Assembly (NCBI GenBank): GCA_027623675.1
Contig: JAQBVF010000014.1
Span: 18,242-82,241 of the forward strand
Source of the DNA: Chloroflexota bacterium
GTDB lineage: Bacteria; Chloroflexota; Dehalococcoidia; Lucifugimonadales; UBA3495
Reading direction: 5' to 3'
DNA length: 64,000 bases
The position numbers and the translations under genes are program-made. Below are positions 1-10,300 of the stretch, piece by piece. The notes under the pieces are model-generated. The model was given only the letters and a program-made list of their open reading frames with translations, did not search any database and was not told the DNA's origin. Every line of letters starts with the position of its first letter. The first letter of the stretch is position 1.

Positions 1-470
1 AGGATGAGACCCTACGTTGGCTGGAGGGCATCCAGGCCAACGAGCCCAAGGTTTATCCCAAGAACACTCCGATCGTAGCTGCCGCCGCGGCGGGAGAGAT
101 TGACGTGGGACTGGTCAACCACTATTATCTGCACCGGTTCCTGGCTGAACAGGGTGAGTCCTTCGCCGCGCGCAACTACCATCCAACAGCGGGAGGACCG
201 GGCGCCATCGTGATGGTCTCGGGAGTCGGGATTCTGTCGGCGTCGAATAACCGAGCGAACGCCAACCGGTTCGTGGAGTTCCTATTGTCCGAGTCGTCAC
301 AACAGTATTTCGTGGACGAGACATTCGAGTACCCGCTGGCCGCCGGCATCCCGGTGGCGCATGGGGTTACCCCGCTATTTGAAGTCAACACCCCAGACCT
401 CTCGTCGGCGGACCTGGCCGATCTTGAAGGCACCCAAAAGCTGCTCCGGTCGGCAGGCGTCATTCCTTGA
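1..470 (+). CDS. Fe(III) ABC transporter substrate-binding protein (FbpA/FutA-like), 5' truncated by window edge
   Basis: Frame is open from position 3 (DETLRWLEGIQANEPKVYPKN...). GEIDVGLVNHYY motif with tandem Tyr iron ligands and the C-terminal FEYP motif; overlaps the permease start. Confidence 0.85.
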   Translation, partial: DETLRWLEGIQANEPKVYPKNTPIVAAAAAGEIDVGLVNHYYLHRFLAEQGESFAARNYHPTAGGPGAIVMVSGVGILSASNNRANANRFVEFLLSESSQQYFVDETFEYPLAAGIPVAHGVTPLFEVNTPDLSSADLADLEGTQKLLRSAGVIP

Positions 471-2080
471 GCTTAACGTCGATCAAGACGGTTGGGCTTA
501 GATTATTGACCGGAGGACGCAACACCCCTCCCGTGGTGATCTGGGCGCCGGCCGTCCTGGTCGGGGCCGCGCTGCTGCTGCCGTTGGTCTACCTGGTCGT
601 GCGGACCCTAGACTCGGGCGGAGACGTTTGGGACCTGCTATACCGGCAACGGGTGGCAGCCATCCTGGGCCGGACCATCCTCTTGATCATCTCCGTCACG
701 GCGGCTTCCGTGGTCCTGGCCCTGCCCCTGGCCTGGCTCACCGCCCGGACCGACATACCCTTCCGCCGTGGGTGGATCGTGCTTTCGGCCCTGCCGCTGG
801 TCATTCCAAGCTACGTCGCGGGTTTCATCGTGATCGCCGCCCTTGGCCCCAGGGGCATGCTTCAGCAGGCGTTGGAGAGCCCGTTCAACATCGACCGGTT
901 GCCTGACATTCACGGTTTCGCCGGAGCGATGCTAACCCTCACATTTCTCAGTTTCCCGTATGTGGTGTTGACGGTCCGGGCGGCTTTGCTGCGTATCGAC
1001 CCATCCCTCGAAGAATCGTCACGGGGATTGGGAATGGGCAGTTGGGCCACCTTCTTCTCGGTGACCCTGCCTCTGTTGCGGCCGGGCATCGCCGCCGGAG
1101 GGCTCCTGGTCGCCCTCTACACTCTCTCCGATTTCGGGGCCGTGTCTCTTCTACATTACGAGACGTTCACCTGGGCCATCTTCGTACAATACGAGGCCGC
1201 CTTGGACCGCACCTTGGGGGCGGGGTTGTCGCTGGCGCTTGTGGTCCTGGCTCTGGCCATCGTGGGTCTGGAGGTTTTCAGCCGGGGAAGGGCCCGCTAT
1301 TACAGCAGTTCAACCTCCGCATCCCGCCCGCCGACGATCGTGCGCCTGGGAACGTGGCGCTGGCCTGCCCTCGCGTTCTGCACGGCGGTGGTGGCGGTTT
1401 CATTGGCTGCGCCCATGTCCGTCTTGGGGTATTGGGTTGCCAGGGGAATCTCAGCCGGAGAGCCAGTCAACGTGGTCTGGGAGGCGGTGGGGAATTCGGT
1501 CTACATCGCGGCGTTGGCCGCAACCGCGGCCGTGGTTGCGGCTCTGCCGGTGGCGGCGCTATCGGTGCGGTATCACGGCGCCCTCAGCGGCCTGTTGGAA
1601 CGGCTGAGTTACGTCGGGTTCGCTCTGCCGGGAATCGCCATTGCTTTGGCGTTAGTCTTCTTTGGCGCCAGGTACGCGCCACCCTTGTACCAGACCACCG
1701 GGTTGTTGCTGCTGGCCTACGTGGTGCTGTTCCTCTCGCCGGCGCTTGGCGCGGTACGGACTTCATTGCTCCAGATCAGCCCCAGGATCGAGGAAGCGGC
1801 GCGTAGCCTGGGCAACAGCCCCCTGCGGGCATTCTCATCGGTGACGCTGCCGGTGGCCCGGCCGGGACTGCTTGCCGGTTGGGCATTGGTCTTTCTGTTG
1901 GTGATGAAAGAGTTGCCCGCCACATTGATCCTCAGTCCCATCGGGTTCAACACACTGGCCACGTCCATCTGGTCGGCGGCATCCGAGGCGTTCTTCGCCC
2001 GGGCGGCATTGCCTGCATTGCTGCTGATCGCCGCGTCGGCCATTCCCCTGGCCTTCCTCATGCTCCGTGAGCGCCGGTAG
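467..2080 (+). CDS. Fe(III) ABC transporter permease (FbpB-like, two fused TM domains)
   Basis: 537 aa hydrophobic protein with two EAA loops (LEESSRGLG, IEEAARSLG) and SDFG and MKELPAT motifs. Confidence 0.9.
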   Translation: MSLTSIKTVGLRLLTGGRNTPPVVIWAPAVLVGAALLLPLVYLVVRTLDSGGDVWDLLYRQRVAAILGRTILLIISVTAASVVLALPLAWLTARTDIPFRRGWIVLSALPLVIPSYVAGFIVIAALGPRGMLQQALESPFNIDRLPDIHGFAGAMLTLTFLSFPYVVLTVRAALLRIDPSLEESSRGLGMGSWATFFSVTLPLLRPGIAAGGLLVALYTLSDFGAVSLLHYETFTWAIFVQYEAALDRTLGAGLSLALVVLALAIVGLEVFSRGRARYYSSSTSASRPPTIVRLGTWRWPALAFCTAVVAVSLAAPMSVLGYWVARGISAGEPVNVVWEAVGNSVYIAALAATAAVVAALPVAALSVRYHGALSGLLERLSYVGFALPGIAIALALVFFGARYAPPLYQTTGLLLLAYVVLFLSPALGAVRTSLLQISPRIEEAARSLGNSPLRAFSSVTLPVARPGLLAGWALVFLLVMKELPATLILSPIGFNTLATSIWSAASEAFFARAALPALLLIAASAIPLAFLMLRERR

Positions 2081-2153
2081 GCTATAATCTAGCCGCCCGG
2101 TCCCGGCCTGCGGGCCAATGGTTATTCGTCTCGGAATATTCTGGAGGAGTCCG

Positions 2154-3455
2154 TTGCCTCAGATTGACAACCCCCTCGCTGATAACACCCTAAGGATAAT
2201 CCTGCCCGGCAAACTGATTGACGGGGTCGCCGACAAGGTCCAAGAAGGGATGGCCGTAGCCATCCAGGGCAGCGCCATCAGGTGGGCCGGCCCGGCCTCG
2301 GAAGCGGAGAGTCTGGACAGCGCCGGCGCGCCTAGAGAGACATTGCATTTTCCCGGCGGGACACTGCTGGCCGGGCTATTCGATATCCACACCCACACCA
2401 ACATGCCTGGCGACGGCCGGACCGGCGAGCAGGTCAACGACGACGACAACGACGAGATCCGGCTCCTGCGTTCGGCCCGCAACTCCACCGCGGCAGTGGC
2501 CTCAGGCGTCACCACCATGTGCGACTGCGGTTCATGGGGCCGGACGGCCTTCGCCCTGAAAGAAGGGTTGGCCCAGGGCTTGGTGGAAGGCCCCAGGGTT
2601 TTGGTCTCCGGCCCGCCGCTGACCGTGACCGGCGGGCACCTCTGGTACATGGGCGGCGAGGCCGACGGCCTGGACGCAGTGCGCGCGCGTGTCCGGTACC
2701 TGATCAAGCAGGGGGCAGATTTCATCAAGATTGCTGCTTCCGGCGGCAGCACTCTCACCAGCGACCCCTACCGGGCGTCGTACTCGGTGGCCGAATTGAC
2801 CGCCATCGTGGAAGAGGCCCACAACCGGGGCCGCTCTGTTCTGGCCCACTGCCGCTGCACCGACGCCATCAATGCGGCGCTCGACGCCGGGGTGGACGCG
2901 ATCCTGCATTGCTCTTTCTACGATAATGACGGCAGCTACCGGTACGACGACAAGACCGCCGGCCGGCTGGCCGCCTCGGAGGTTTGGCTCAACCCCACCA
3001 TGGGCCTGGGCAACGCCAACCGGACCCGGCTGGCCAAGATCAAGACCGAGCGCGCCCTGACCGCCGACGAAGAGGTACGCCTGGAGCGCTCCACGTCTTC
3101 CGGCGAACGGTCGCTGGCCCAGTTCACCGCCCTGGTGAAGGCCGGAGTGAAGCTGGTGGGCGGCTCCGACTGCGGTTGGAGCTACTACCCATTCGGCGAC
3201 TTTCAAGGGGAGATCATGACCCTCCATGCCGCCGGCCTGTCAGCCATTGAGGCCATCCACGCCGGTACGCGCAGCCCCGCGGCCGCCCTGGGCATCGATA
3301 ACATCATCGGGACCGTGGAAGCGGGCAAGGAGGCCGACCTGCTGGTGGTGAACGGCGATCCCACCCAGAACATGGAGAACCTCAGAGACGTGGCCGCCGT
3401 GTTCAAAGGCGGCGATAGAGTCGCCACGGCCAAAGAAAGAGCGGGGGCCGGTTAA
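2154..3455 (+). CDS. Metal-dependent amidohydrolase family protein
   Basis: DIHTH metal motif, GADFIK carboxylated-Lys motif, GSDCG, and C-terminal GTVEAGKEADLLVV. GGAGG RBS before TTG at 2154; TATAAT just after the upstream stop. Confidence 0.88.
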   Translation: MPQIDNPLADNTLRIILPGKLIDGVADKVQEGMAVAIQGSAIRWAGPASEAESLDSAGAPRETLHFPGGTLLAGLFDIHTHTNMPGDGRTGEQVNDDDNDEIRLLRSARNSTAAVASGVTTMCDCGSWGRTAFALKEGLAQGLVEGPRVLVSGPPLTVTGGHLWYMGGEADGLDAVRARVRYLIKQGADFIKIAASGGSTLTSDPYRASYSVAELTAIVEEAHNRGRSVLAHCRCTDAINAALDAGVDAILHCSFYDNDGSYRYDDKTAGRLAASEVWLNPTMGLGNANRTRLAKIKTERALTADEEVRLERSTSSGERSLAQFTALVKAGVKLVGGSDCGWSYYPFGDFQGEIMTLHAAGLSAIEAIHAGTRSPAAALGIDNIIGTVEAGKEADLLVVNGDPTQNMENLRDVAAVFKGGDRVATAKERAGAG

Positions 3456-3459
3456 CCAG

Positions 3460-3834
3460 ATGCACCACTGGAAGTTGGGCGGACCGATCAGCATCGGCTG
3501 GCCGGACCATGATGTGCCGGAGCGGGCCTACACGATCGTTGAGGAAGAACGACTGGGCCAGGTGTTCCGCGCCAGGGTCACCGACGGCAAGAAAGAGGGC
3601 GGGTTCCTGGTGGTCTTCGACTGCCCTGAAGTCGTTCTGGAGATGCTGGCTGACCGGGCGACCCAGCGGTTGGGCTTCAAGGTTATCGTGTCCAATCTGC
3701 GGTGCAGTATCGAGGGAACCATCCTCCGCAGCTTCGACTACGAATGGTATTCCACGCCCGAATTCGCCGACCGTCCCGGCAACCTGGCCCGCACCATCGC
3801 CGAGACCCTGGAAGAGATGCGAAGTTCCGGATAG
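3460..3834 (+). CDS. Hypothetical protein (124 aa)
   Basis: ATG 4 nt after the amidohydrolase stop; globular-looking composition; no family recognised. Confidence 0.7.
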   Translation: MHHWKLGGPISIGWPDHDVPERAYTIVEEERLGQVFRARVTDGKKEGGFLVVFDCPEVVLEMLADRATQRLGFKVIVSNLRCSIEGTILRSFDYEWYSTPEFADRPGNLARTIAETLEEMRSSG

Positions 3835-3951
3835 CGGCGGGGACGCCAGGGACCCAAGCTACGCCCGGCTGTGGACTTACCCCAGATCAGATTGTATTAT
3901 TATGTCCGCCTAAATCTCCCACCTCAGGTGGACCCGCAGCAGGAGGAATCT

Positions 3952-4335
3952 ATGAAGAAAGTTACTATGAGCAGTGTGCCTAGGACCAAGGCCGACATGA
4001 GTGATCTGGGCTCCGGCGGTCTGATGACCGGCACACAGGTCTGGCGCCAGAGCATACTGGACCCCGCGGACAGCAATAATTTCAACTTCGCCATCGTCGC
4101 CTTTGACGCCGGTTCCCGGAACAAGTTCCACAAGCACTCCGGCGACCAGATCCTGGTTGTAACCGAGGGAACCGGCATCGTAGCCACCGATGATGAGTCC
4201 CTGACCGTCACCGAGGGCGATGTGGTTGTCATTCCCGCCGGCGAGAACCACTGGCACGGCGCTCCCGACTCCACCTCCATGGCCCACATCACCATCACCG
4301 TGAAGGGCAGCCAAACCGAACAAACCGAAGCCTAG
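3952..4335 (+). CDS. Cupin domain protein
   Basis: HKHSGDQ...EG and GDVVVIPAGENHWHG cupin motifs; AGGAGG RBS before ATG 3952. Confidence 0.9.
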   Translation: MKKVTMSSVPRTKADMSDLGSGGLMTGTQVWRQSILDPADSNNFNFAIVAFDAGSRNKFHKHSGDQILVVTEGTGIVATDDESLTVTEGDVVVIPAGENHWHGAPDSTSMAHITITVKGSQTEQTEA

Positions 4336-4353
4336 GGACGATCCGGATACGCC

Positions 4354-4402
4354 GAAAAAGAAGAGACCCCCGGGGATGATAAACATCTCCGGGGGCCTTT
4401 TT
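4354..4402. terminator. Bidirectional intrinsic terminator between convergent genes
   Basis: CCCCGGGGATG-ATAAA-CATCTCCGGGG hairpin with a T-run after it and an A-rich run before it. Confidence 0.75.
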
Positions 4403-4426
4403 GTTTGAGGTTCGCGGTACTAACGC

Positions 4427-5311
4427 TCAGTCGCCCGTCGATTCAGCGATGAGGCGGATGGTCTCGGCCAAATCGCGATTCTTGTCACGGCTCTCCGGGT
4501 TTTCGTCGCCCAAAGGCGTGCTGCCGATCATCCGGTACATGTCGGCCACGCCCTTGAAGATGTTGGGCGTGAGGCCCAGGCCATCGAACGTCGCCTCGAT
4601 CTGCTCCATCTCGCTAACCCAACGGCGGGACTTGGCAGGCATCCCAGGCATCCAGCCTTCCATGCGTCTCACCAACGCCGGCATGCCGTCCTCGAATTCG
4701 GCCATCAGCTCTTTGGTCAGACCCTGTTTCTCAGCCGCTATCAACAGCTCGGCTTGCAGGGCTGTTGTGCCCTTGGTCATGGCCGCGTAGCACATCTTGA
4801 TTCCCGACGCGCGGCCCAGTTGCGGCCCCAGATCGCGAACGTCCAGACCGAACTCCCGAAGCTGCATCAACTCTGCAACGTTGTCGCCAGAGGAATAGAG
4901 CCGGGGGCTGGAGCCGTTGCGGGGCGGCCCGCCGATCACGGAAGCATCCACATAACGGGCGCCCGACGCGGTCAGCACACCTTCCATCTCCTTGCTCAAA
5001 GCAGGGGCGATGGCGTTGCATTCGGCGAACAGCAAGTCTGCTCCGGTGGCTTTCACGGCGTCGGCGACTTCGCGGCACAGTCCGGGAACCGCCTCTGATA
5101 CGGTGATGGACAACAGTATGTCGGACTGTTGGACCAGGTCATTCAGATCGGGCACATCGGTGATCCCGGCCTTCTCAGATAGCGCACGCGTCCGTTGGCT
5201 GCGGCCCGACAGACAGGTCAGGACCTCCAGCTCATGTTCTTTCAGAAGTTGGCCAATGGCGTGCCCCATGTCTCCGGGGCTTAGTATCGCTACAGTTTCG
5301 ATCGACATCAC
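4427..5311 (-). CDS. NAD(P)-dependent oxidoreductase, 6PGDH/3-hydroxyisobutyrate DH-like with DUF1932 C-terminus
   Basis: SPGDMG Rossmann variant, VDASVIGGPP, ASGIKMCYAAMTKG, RRWVSEMEQI. Confidence 0.85.
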   Translation of the reverse strand: MMSIETVAILSPGDMGHAIGQLLKEHELEVLTCLSGRSQRTRALSEKAGITDVPDLNDLVQQSDILLSITVSEAVPGLCREVADAVKATGADLLFAECNAIAPALSKEMEGVLTASGARYVDASVIGGPPRNGSSPRLYSSGDNVAELMQLREFGLDVRDLGPQLGRASGIKMCYAAMTKGTTALQAELLIAAEKQGLTKELMAEFEDGMPALVRRMEGWMPGMPAKSRRWVSEMEQIEATFDGLGLTPNIFKGVADMYRMIGSTPLGDENPESRDKNRDLAETIRLIAESTGD

Positions 5312-5378
5312 AGTCTCCCTTTCACTATCACTTCTAAGTATATGCCCGTACCCGCCGTATCTGCTAATCAGGGGTTCA

Positions 5379-6254
5379 TTAATCGGGTTCGCCGGGACTG
5401 GGCTGGCCTATCCTGAGTTGGTGGGCGATCGGCAGCGGGTCTGGCACCCGTCGGGGTCTCAGGTTCGTGTAGACCATCACCAAGGCGAACACCGCGGCCT
5501 CCACCAGCACCACGCTGGCGCCAGACGAAACGTCGATGAAGAAGCTGAGGTAGATGCCCACGAAGCCGCAGGCAGCGCCAAGCGCGGTCGAAAGTAGCAG
5601 CACGGTGCGGAACTGGTCGCTGAGCATCCGGGCCGAAACGGGCGGAATAACCGTGGCGCCGGCGATGAGCAGCACGCCCAACACCTGCATGGAGACCACG
5701 ATGGTCGCCGCGAGCACCAGGGAAAACAGGGTCTCCACCCAGCCGGTGGGAACTCCGTAGAACTCGGCAACCTCGCCGTCAAACGTGGCGAACAGGAAGT
5801 ACTTGTAGGCGACGAACAGCACGCCAATGGCCGCTAACGTGACCACCACGATGGCCATCAGGTCGCCCGCGCTCACCCCCAGAATGTTGCCGAAGAGGGC
5901 GGCCTCGAAGTCCCTGGTGAACGACTTGTACCGGCTGATCAGGACGATGCCAAAGGCGAAGCTGGCCGTGGTGATAACGCCAATGGCGGCGTCGGCCGCT
6001 ATCTTGCGCTTCTTGGCGGTGAGGGTGATCAACTGGGCGCAGAAGAACCCCCAGACGGTGGCGCCAACCAAGAAGTTGATGGACAGCACAAAGCTGACCA
6101 CCGCCCCGCCTAACACAGCGTGGGACAGTCCATGACCGATGTAGGCCATCCGCTTGAGCACGACGTACACCCCGATCATGCCGCACAGTCCGCCAACGAG
6201 GGTGGCCGCGATCAGGCCGCGCACGAAGAACTGGTAGTCGAATGGCTCAAACAT
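5379..6254 (-). CDS. znuB: Zn/Mn ABC transporter permease (ZnuB-like)
   Basis: VVLKRMAYIGHGLSHAVLGG and LFGNILGV ABC-3 motifs; start MFEPF overlaps the znuC stop. Confidence 0.88.
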   Translation of the reverse strand: MFEPFDYQFFVRGLIAATLVGGLCGMIGVYVVLKRMAYIGHGLSHAVLGGAVVSFVLSINFLVGATVWGFFCAQLITLTAKKRKIAADAAIGVITTASFAFGIVLISRYKSFTRDFEAALFGNILGVSAGDLMAIVVVTLAAIGVLFVAYKYFLFATFDGEVAEFYGVPTGWVETLFSLVLAATIVVSMQVLGVLLIAGATVIPPVSARMLSDQFRTVLLLSTALGAACGFVGIYLSFFIDVSSGASVVLVEAAVFALVMVYTNLRPRRVPDPLPIAHQLRIGQPSPGEPD

Positions 6255-7275
6255 GGTTGCCGCCCTCGCCGGTATCCGCCTCAGTTTCGGCATGTTGGTG
6301 GCCGGCGTGGTGAACGTGGCCGTCAACATTCTTTGGATCGGCGCGATGGACCCTGATGTGCCTGGCCTCGGTCGCCGGGTCAAACCGGCGACCGCCCACA
6401 TGGCTGGCTTCTTCGACCGGGTCGCCGCCCGGTTGGTGCACGTGGACCGGGGGCAGGGTTTCTTTTCCGTTCGAGCCGTAAGAGTGGGGGCTTTCGGCCA
6501 CGATGGTCATGCCATCGTAGTGGATCACCGGCATCTCGGCGCCGTAGGTGAGCTTCAAGACCTCGGTGGTTATGACCTCCGATGGCGGCCCTTCGGCCAG
6601 TATCCGGCCCGCCAGACACACGACCCAAGGCAGATGCACGGCGACGGCGTTGATCTCGTGGGTGGTGATGATGATGGTCACGCCGTCGTGGTTAAGGTCG
6701 TGGAGCAGGTGCATCACGTCGTCCCTAGTCTTGATGTCCACTCCGGAGGTAGGCTCGTCCAACAGCAACAGTTCGGGACTGCTGACCAGAGCGCGAGCCA
6801 AGAATACCCGCTGCTGCTGCCCGCCGGAAAGTTCGCGGATGTGCCGTCCCGCCAGGTCCAAGATGCCCAGCCGGTCCATCATATCCTTGGCTAGCGCTTT
6901 ATCTTCCTTGCGGTGCCAGGGGAATAGGCGGTTCTCCATGGTGCGGCCCATCATCACCACTTCTTGGACAGTGACGGGGAAATTCCAGTCGATGGTCTCC
7001 AACTGGGGCACGTAACCGACCCTGGGGCGCTTCCGGGATGTGGAGACGCCATTGACCAGGACCTCGCCCTCGTAGAGGTCGACGGCGCCGAGCACGGTGC
7101 GCAGCAAAGTGGTCTTGCCCGAGCCGCTGGGGCCCAGCAGACCGACGAAATCGCCGCGCATCACCCGCAGGCTGACGTCGGACAGCACCCGCTGCTTCTC
7201 GTAGCCGCAGGTGACCGACTTGATATCTACGACGGGCTCTCCTGGCCCGCGTTCATGTGGCAGGGGGTGTAACAT
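6247..7275 (-). CDS. znuC: Zn/Mn ABC transporter ATP-binding protein (ZnuC-like) with His-rich C-terminal tail
   Basis: GPSGSGKT, GYVPQ, LSGGQQQR, LLLDEP; tail includes HVHQ and GHVHHAGHQH. Confidence 0.88.
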   Translation of the reverse strand: MLHPLPHERGPGEPVVDIKSVTCGYEKQRVLSDVSLRVMRGDFVGLLGPSGSGKTTLLRTVLGAVDLYEGEVLVNGVSTSRKRPRVGYVPQLETIDWNFPVTVQEVVMMGRTMENRLFPWHRKEDKALAKDMMDRLGILDLAGRHIRELSGGQQQRVFLARALVSSPELLLLDEPTSGVDIKTRDDVMHLLHDLNHDGVTIIITTHEINAVAVHLPWVVCLAGRILAEGPPSEVITTEVLKLTYGAEMPVIHYDGMTIVAESPHSYGSNGKETLPPVHVHQPGGDPVEEASHVGGRRFDPATEARHIRVHRADPKNVDGHVHHAGHQHAETEADTGEGGNHV

Positions 7276-7356
7276 TGTCTTCCTTTTGATCTATCGGCTT
7301 GATCTATCGGCGATCTAACCCGGTTCTTGGCTGCTCATCTAAGCGCTTCTAGCCGC

Positions 7357-10300
7357 TTAATGGTGGTGGTGCGGGTCCACTTCGGGCATACCGGGCAGCG
7401 GGCCGCCGCGGTGGTCCGCGTGCCCCTCGTGATGCCCGTCTCCTTGGTGGCCGGATTGATGGTGGGCGTCACGGTTCTCCCCGGAGTGTTTTTCCTCGGT
7501 GTGTTTTTCCTCGGGATGGCCCGCCCCCGATGCGGCGCCGACCAACTGGGTGGAAACTAACTGGGAGTACAGACCGTGGCTCGCCAGCAGTTCGTGATGA
7601 TTGCCCTGCTCGACGGCGTGTCCGTTGTCCAGCACCACGATCCGGTCGGCGTCCCGGACGGTGGACAGCCGGTGGGCGATCACCAGCGTGGTCCGGCCTT
7701 CCATCAAGGTTTCCAGGGCATTCCGGACCTGGCGTTCGTTGACCGCGTCCAAGTAGGACGTGGCCTCGTCGAGTATCAGGAGCGGCGCGTTCTTCAATAG
7801 CGCCCTGGCGATGGATATGCGCTGCCGCTGGCCGCCCGAGAGCTGCATGCCCCGTTCGCCAACCTTGGTATCGTAGCCGTCGGGGAACGATGCGATAAAT
7901 TCATGGGCGTTGGCCTGGCGCGCCGCGGTTTCGATCTCGGCGTCGGTTGCGTCGATCTTACCCAGTCTCAGGTTGTCGCGAATGCTGGCGTTGAAAAGAT
8001 AGGTGTCTTGGGACACCAACGCGATCTTGCGGCGCAGGTCGTCCAATTCAAATTCCCGCAGGTCGTGGCCGCCCAGACGCACGTGTCCCTCGGCTGGGTC
8101 CCAGAACCGCATGACCAGGTTGGCGCAGGTGGTCTTCCCGGCGCCGGACCGCCCGACCAGGGCCACGGTCTGCCCCGGATCGACATCAAAGCTCACGCCG
8201 TGCAGGGCCTGTGCTTCGCCCTCGCCGTAGGAGAACCCCACGTGTTCGAAGCTGAGCGCCGGCGACGGTTTGGAGCCGTTGGGGCTGGAAGGCACGCCGG
8301 GGCCGTCGATCACGGGCACCGGTTCGTCATGCACAACGAACAAACGGCGGGCCGCCGCCAGGGTTTCCATCAGTTGCTTGATGGTCCTGGCGATATCTGC
8401 GATGGGGGCGAAGGCCGCCACCGAAAGGACCACCGACAGTACCAACTGGGTACGGGAAATATCGCCGTTGGTCATGAGCCACACGCCCATGGCCAAGACG
8501 GCCAGGCCGCCCAAGGCGGTCATGCCCTCGATGAACCCGACCTGGAAGGCCCTTTCCTTCAAGAATCTAAGCTGGAAGTGGGCGAATCGCCAGCTATTTG
8601 CCACCATCTCCGCCGTGCGGGACGGACCCTGACCAAATGCCGCGATCTCCCGCATCCCCTGGATGCTGTCCACCATGTGGGCGTGGACATCGCCCAACTG
8701 ACTGCGCAGCTCTTCTCCCAGACCCTCGGAACGTTTCTGGGCCATGAAGGGGCTGATGGCGGTGGCCAACAGGAACGGCGAAAGCACCAGCGCGACGGGC
8801 CAGGCGATGAACGCCAGCGTAGCCAGCACGCCCGCCGGGACCAGGATGGCGACGAAGGCTGGGGTGATGGTGTGGGCGAAGAAGAACTCCACCAGCTCCA
8901 CATCGCCTCCAACCACGCTCACCAGGTCGCCCGAACGGCGGCGCACCATGTAGGCCGGGGTCAGAGGGTCAAGCTTGTTGTAGACATCCACCCGCATCTC
9001 GGCCAGCAGCCGGTAGGCCATGTCGTGGGCCACCCAAGACTCAGCCCAGGTGAAGAAGGCGGCCAGGGGCACGAACACCCCCAGCAGGACCAGAAGCGCC
9101 GTCAGGTCGCCGCCAGTGATTACCTCGCCGACCAACAGGGCGCTGATAACGCTTAGCCCGATGATGGAACCGTGATGAAGCAGGCCCAAAAAGAACGTCA
9201 GGGCCAATTCGCCGCGCCATGGGCGGACCAGTTGAAACAGCCTGCGCCAGACCGTCATGAAGCCCAAGCGGGATGCCGGGGCGGTTGCGGCCCCGGCAGT
9301 CGGCACGGCATGATGGTGGTGACCTTCGCCCTGGTGGGCGGGCTGGGGCACGAAGGCCCCCGTGTCCGGGGCAGGCGCGGTGTCATGAGCCAGGACGGCG
9401 GAAGCACCGGCGTGGGCGTGTTCCTTACCCGGATCGCCAACGTGTTCGTCGTCGATATCCTGCTGCTGGGCCATCAAGCTGGAGTAGACGCCGCCGGCGG
9501 CCACCAACTCAGAGTGGGTCCCCGACTCCACCAGGCGTCCGTCTTCCAGCACGATGATGCGGTCGGCGTTGACCACACTGGATAGCCGGTGGGCGATTAT
9601 CAAGGTGGTGCGGCCTTCCATCAAACGGTCGAGGGCCTCTTGGATGACTGCCTCGTTCTCGGCATCCACGCTGGACAGGGCCTCGTCCAGGACCAGGATT
9701 GGGGCGTTCTTCAACAGCGCCCGGGCGATGGCGATGCGTTGTTTCTGTCCGCCGGACAGGCGGACCGCGCGCTCTCCCACAACGGTGTCATAGCCGTTCG
9801 GCAGGTGGCTGATGAATTCGTGGGCATTGGCGGCTTTGGCCGCGGTTTCGAGGTCTTCTTGGGTTGCGCCGGGCCCTCCGAATCGCAGATTCTCCGCCAC
9901 GGTGCCGTGGAACAGGTAGGTGTCTTGGGTCACGACCGCCACCTGGTCCCGCAACTGGGCCAGGGGAATCTCCCGAATGTCGGCGCCACCCAGCAGGATC
10001 CGGCCGCTCTGGGGGTCGAAGAACCGCAGGATGGACCAGACAATGGTGGATTTGCCCGCTCCGCTGGGGCCGACCAGGCCGAGGGTTTCACCGGCTTTCA
10101 GGGTGAAAGACAGGCCGTGTAGCGCGGGCCGGCGGCCGCCGCTGTATGCGTAATCGACCGACTCGAACCTCAATTCGGGGATAAGGTCCAAGCGTGCCGA
10201 GCCGTCGGCAGGCTCAGCCACCTCGATCTCGGCGTCCATTATGTCGAAGATGCCCTCAGCGGAGGACATGGCAATCATGCCGTCGTGGTAGAGCTGGACC

